IMG/VR virus record: IMGVR_UViG_3300008262_000045
Span: 4,710-68,709 of that record
DNA: 64,000 bases
Reading direction: 5' to 3' (one strand)
Origin: a virus
In this document: one piece after another, positions 60,666 through 64,000 of the stretch
Numbering within the stretch: the stretch's first letter is position 1
Layout: each line of letters begins with the position of its first letter
Program-made: the position numbers and the translations under genes
The notes under the pieces: generated by a model
Database searches by the model: none
What the model was told of the DNA's origin: nothing
The model's input: only the letters and a program-made list of their open reading frames with translations

Positions 60666-60950
60666 ATGATCACATTTTCAATCGACCTAAAAAAATTAGA
60701 TAAAACCCGTTTTAAAGAATTTAAGCGCGATAACGGAACAGATTCGCTTTATGCCAACTTCATTATTCTGAAAACCAAAAGCGGCGAACTGATCGTGAAG
60801 CAGAGCATGACCAAGCAAGAACGCGAAAGCGGATTGCAGTTGCCTATTCTTGGCAATGCAAAAGACGCAGTTCCTTTGGATCAAGCCGTAAAGCAAATAC
60901 AGCGTCATGTAGAAAAAAGCCACGAGAGCCAAGATGACATCCCATTTTAA
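60666..60950 (+). CDS. Putative small ssDNA-binding protein
   Basis: SIDLKKLDK...KQS...PILGN and acidic SSB-type tail DDIPF. Confidence 0.65.
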   Translation: MITFSIDLKKLDKTRFKEFKRDNGTDSLYANFIILKTKSGELIVKQSMTKQERESGLQLPILGNAKDAVPLDQAVKQIQRHVEKSHESQDDIPF

Positions 60951-60971
60951 TCTGCCGAGACATTTGACACA

Positions 60972-61253
60972 ATGAGAAATTTACCATCCGACACCCTGGA
61001 GGAATTTGCCGAGGACTATCCCGCCGACAATCCCGCCGTCACCGCGGATTACATGATTGGCAAGTGCGAAAACCTGCAACTTGGCTGGAGCTTGGATCAT
61101 ACCGGCGGTCTGATCGAGGCTCGAATCTGGAACTGGCCCTCTGTGGTTGGCAGATACCGCCCGCACCAAGTGGAGCCGCTGGCAAAAATGCTCTGGATGG
61201 CCCTGCAAGATGGAAACCAACACTTAAAAAACGGAACCACCGCTTATGCTTAA
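60972..61253 (+). CDS. Hypothetical protein
   Basis: 93-aa ORF. Confidence 0.5.
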   Translation: MRNLPSDTLEEFAEDYPADNPAVTADYMIGKCENLQLGWSLDHTGGLIEARIWNWPSVVGRYRPHQVEPLAKMLWMALQDGNQHLKNGTTAYA

Positions 61254-61701
61254 ATCGACCAACCCGCTTTTATATTTCCGGGCATCAACAAAATCGGAAT
61301 TGAAGGGCTGCGAAAAATTCAGCGGCCCCTACGATGCGAACGAAATCTACATGATTCCGAGCGTGGTTAATGACGCCGAAAACAGCAATCACGCGACATT
61401 TTTCTCGCGGCGTCTAGCTGGCCGCAAAACCAGCGTCACAATTTATCTGAAACGAATGGCTCTGAAGAAATCTGGCCCACAGCCGGTGACGGATTTTTTT
61501 ATGACTCTGAGCGAAGAAAAGGCATTAAAGGCCGGCGCGGAAATCCACGCGAAAATCACGAGCTTTAGGGAAGCCTACGATTGGATTATCGAAACGCTGA
61601 AAACAGGACACACGCCGATTCTCATTGAGAAAGACGGCGAAATTACTGGCGCGTTAATACGGAAAAAAATCGGGGAGAAACCAGTAAATAAAAAGAAGTA
61701 G
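61246..61701 (+). CDS. Hypothetical protein
   Basis: 151-aa ORF overlapping the previous stop. Confidence 0.55.
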   Translation: MLKSTNPLLYFRASTKSELKGCEKFSGPYDANEIYMIPSVVNDAENSNHATFFSRRLAGRKTSVTIYLKRMALKKSGPQPVTDFFMTLSEEKALKAGAEIHAKITSFREAYDWIIETLKTGHTPILIEKDGEITGALIRKKIGEKPVNKKK

Positions 61702-61767
61702 TAATACATATTTTACTTAAACGCGCGATTTAAGGTCAAACACAAAATTTAAAGCAAAATCCGCAAA

Positions 61768-62259
61768 ATGTCAGACACCGAAAAAACCGAGCCAGCAGAA
61801 ATAAAACGAGGACCTGGCCGACCCTCGAAATACTCCCAAGAACTGGTCGAGGAAATTATCACTCTGCTTTCTGAGGGCAATACCATGAAGTCGATTTGCG
61901 CCCTTCCCCATATGCCGGACATCACCACGATTTTCAAATGGGAACGAGAAAATGGGGAATTTTCCCAACTCTCCGCGCGCGCCCGTGAGGCCGGAACCCA
62001 TGTGATCGCCGACCAATGCATTGAAATTGCCGACGATCCGATCCTCGACCCCGCTGACAAACGAGTGCGAATCGACACAAGAATGCGCCTAATAGGAAAA
62101 TGGAACGCCAAGAAGTATGGCGACAAGATTGAGCATACGGTTCAGCAAGAATTTATCCCGCTGGACGAATTACGCCGCAGAATCGCGGAAAGCGAGTCCC
62201 GGCAGCAAATCCACATCGAGGAAAACAAATTATTACCGGCAACAAAGGAGGAAAAATGA
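61768..62259 (+). CDS. terS: Terminase small subunit (Sf6 gp1-like)
   Basis: GRPSKYSQELVEEI...G.TMKSIC..PHMP...TIFKW...IAD...RIDTR...KKYGDK. Confidence 0.85.
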   Translation: MSDTEKTEPAEIKRGPGRPSKYSQELVEEIITLLSEGNTMKSICALPHMPDITTIFKWERENGEFSQLSARAREAGTHVIADQCIEIADDPILDPADKRVRIDTRMRLIGKWNAKKYGDKIEHTVQQEFIPLDELRRRIAESESRQQIHIEENKLLPATKEEK

Positions 62260-62531
62260 AAGACGCCTACAAGAAGAAAGGCTTTACCGAATACAATAAG
62301 CCAAAAAAAACCCCGAACCATCCCACAAAAAGCCATGCGGTAGTCGCGAAAGAAGGCCCGCTCGAAAAACTGATCCGCTTTGGACAGCAAGGCGTGACGG
62401 GAAGCCCTAAAAAGAAAGGCGAGAGCGCCGAATATCGCGCCCGCCGAGAATCTTTCAAAGCAAGACACGCCAAAAACATCGCGAAAGGCAAGATGAGCGC
62501 GGCTTGGTGGGCCGATAAGAAAAAATGGTGA
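62256..62531 (+). CDS. Conserved small basic phage protein
   Basis: KLIRFGQQG...RRESFKARH...SAAWWA. Confidence 0.75.
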   Translation: MKDAYKKKGFTEYNKPKKTPNHPTKSHAVVAKEGPLEKLIRFGQQGVTGSPKKKGESAEYRARRESFKARHAKNIAKGKMSAAWWADKKKW

Positions 62532-62532
62532 T

Positions 62533-62754
62533 ATGAATTGCCGGTTTTGCGGATTTGAAATGTGGACTGACGATAAATACGGCTGTCCGAACTGCTACGG
62601 GGAGGGATTGGACGGCGAATATCTCCCGCGACAACGGAAAAAATCGAAAAAGCCGGCGCAAAGCGCCCACGAACCCCCCCGTGTTACCCCCGAACGACCA
62701 TCCGGCGAGGATCGGAGTCCGAGGCAGAGCCTCGGGAGGAGAAACAAACTATGA
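62533..62754 (+). CDS. Small zinc-finger protein
   Basis: CRFC...CPNC. Confidence 0.5.
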   Translation: MNCRFCGFEMWTDDKYGCPNCYGEGLDGEYLPRQRKKSKKPAQSAHEPPRVTPERPSGEDRSPRQSLGRRNKL

Positions 62755-63038
62755 AAAAACGCACAGACGGCCCAAAAAAACTGATCATGGCAATTTTGGG
62801 CGCACCAAAACCCAATGGACTCCCGCGAGGGAGGGTAAAAACCAAACGCGAAGCCCAAGTAATCCGATTGATCGCCCTCGGGGATACTAACCAGAAGATT
62901 GCCGACCGCTTGGGGATCAGCATTAAGACGGTGGAGAAGCACCGGGAGAACGCCATGAGGAAATTTTCACTCCGAAATACCGCCGACATCACCCGCTTTG
63001 CGGTTGCGTCGAAAATCATTGAAGTGAAGCCGCTTTAA
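62751..63038 (+). CDS. Stand-alone LuxR/GerE-type HTH regulator
   Basis: TKREAQVIRLIALGDTNQKIADRLGISIKTVEKHRENAMRK. Confidence 0.88.
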   Translation: MKKRTDGPKKLIMAILGAPKPNGLPRGRVKTKREAQVIRLIALGDTNQKIADRLGISIKTVEKHRENAMRKFSLRNTADITRFAVASKIIEVKPL

Positions 63039-63045
63039 TCCTGCT

Positions 63046-63288
63046 ATGCCCAAAAAAAATCCCGACAAGAAACCCAAAATTAAAACAGAATTGCAACGGA
63101 ATCCCGCTCTTTACCGCGTGAAGCTGTCCTGTGAAATGTCAAGGAAATGTCTTGGGGGAGAAATCAACCCGCCGAGCGGATTAAGCCGGCAGGAGTGGGT
63201 TTTATACAATATGTGCCACGCCTTGGAGGACATCGCCACGGCCATGATGAATCAATTTTCGCCAGCCGAGACGATTAGCAATACATAG
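63046..63288 (+). CDS. Hypothetical protein
   Basis: 80-aa ORF. Confidence 0.5.
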   Translation: MPKKNPDKKPKIKTELQRNPALYRVKLSCEMSRKCLGGEINPPSGLSRQEWVLYNMCHALEDIATAMMNQFSPAETISNT

Positions 63289-63318
63289 TATAGATAACTT
63301 CCAAGAGGCTTTACCTCA

Positions 63319-63795
63319 ATGAGCAGTAAAACCTACTCACAATTCACTAGCGATTTAGAATCAAGTCGCGACGCCGTTTTTGCTGTTGCTAAACATATAC
63401 AAGGCGCCGGGCGCGATGTCATCTTGCCCTTCCACAGGGTAACGCCTAACGAAAATGAGCGATATGCTTTTCAAGACGAATGCGATATTAAGGTAGCGGT
63501 TCCGCATCAAGTAAAGCAAAGCAGCAGGGACTTTGGGTCAGTCAATGAATTTGGCTTCCGCATGATAACCGTGGACGAAAGATACAAAATTGAAAAACAG
63601 AAAGCGTCACCGCCCTTTGCATACTGGATAGTTAACAAATCTAAAACTGGCGCAATTTTTATTCCTTGGAGCACTAAAGCTAGTTGGGATGTTTTTACCG
63701 CACAAGATAACCTGCAAGGCGGGCGCGAATGTGAGTTTTTAAGATGCCCGTCTGATCTTTGTCGCTTTATCACCTTTACTGAATCGCGTTTATGA
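63319..63795 (+). CDS. Hypothetical protein, degenerate PD-(D/E)XK-like
   Basis: DECDI...HQVK spacing resembles D-x(n)-ExK nucleases. Confidence 0.45.
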   Translation: MSSKTYSQFTSDLESSRDAVFAVAKHIQGAGRDVILPFHRVTPNENERYAFQDECDIKVAVPHQVKQSSRDFGSVNEFGFRMITVDERYKIEKQKASPPFAYWIVNKSKTGAIFIPWSTKASWDVFTAQDNLQGGRECEFLRCPSDLCRFITFTESRL

Positions 63796-63857
63796 ATACT
63801 GCCGAGACGATTGACAAAAATTATCCCCACAGCCAGCCAAAACGAGCTTCTACAACT

Positions 63858-63962
63858 CCCCACACATTTGAGGGGTTTTCTAAATCCCCCACACATTTGA
63901 GGGGTTTTCTAAATCCCCCACACATTTGAGGGGTTTTCTAAATCCCCCACACATTTGAGGGG
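63858..63962 (+). repeat. 29-bp perfect tandem repeat, 3.6 copies
   Basis: Unit CCCCACACATTTGAGGGGTTTTCTAAATC at 63858, 63887, 63916, partial at 63945. Confidence 0.95.
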
Positions 63963-64000
63963 AATAATGGAGCTTCACTAGGGAAGCCGCCAAAAAAACC

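Larger units (their letters stand above)
1..64000. mobile_element. Temperate podovirus-like phage genome segment (unintegrated form)
   Basis: Portal, capsid, nozzle, fibres, endolysin, integrase with attP, RecT, DnaC-like and TerS genes; no host housekeeping genes and no tape-measure gene recognised. Confidence 0.95.

Noticed and set aside
63858-63962. Possible CRISPR array
   Set aside because: Units abut with no unique spacers, and no cas genes are present
1-64000. Alternative genetic code (stop-codon reassignment)
   Set aside because: Standard code gives dense tiling, and TAA, TAG and TGA all end genes

Overview
The whole window is phage DNA: most of the genome of a temperate podovirus-like phage in its unintegrated form. 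An intact attP, matching the 3' half of tRNA-Thr(CGT), lies beside a tyrosine integrase. Gene order: three low-complexity putative internal-virion proteins; one 24.5-kb ORF (8,159 aa, polyvalent protein); portal; a modular tail-fibre/receptor-binding cluster; lysis genes; scaffold; major capsid protein; adaptor and nozzle; a short leftward operon with the integrase; a divergent ribbon-helix-helix switch; Xis, RecT/RecE, replication initiator with internal iterons, DnaC-like loader, small terminase and a LuxR-type HTH. No large terminase is visible in the window. Most notable: (1) the giant protein strings together about 14 enzyme or binding modules (zincin peptidases, two ARTs, JAB, ASCH, PRTase, C5 DNA methyltransferase, TGT/DpdA-like barrel, HhH glycosylase-like), many separated by a recurring (L/M)-(F/S/A)-A-K-x-R linker, suggesting a virion-delivered, self-processed polyprotein; (2) a 17-bp quasi-palindrome TGCCGA-RACRW-TYRRCA occurs ten times, same strand, mostly at gene junctions; (3) a GGxFxxINGxxxF peptide tag is shared by three neighbouring virion-region proteins; (4) ACGT appears absent in the regions read. 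All domain calls come from motif recognition by eye, with no database search.
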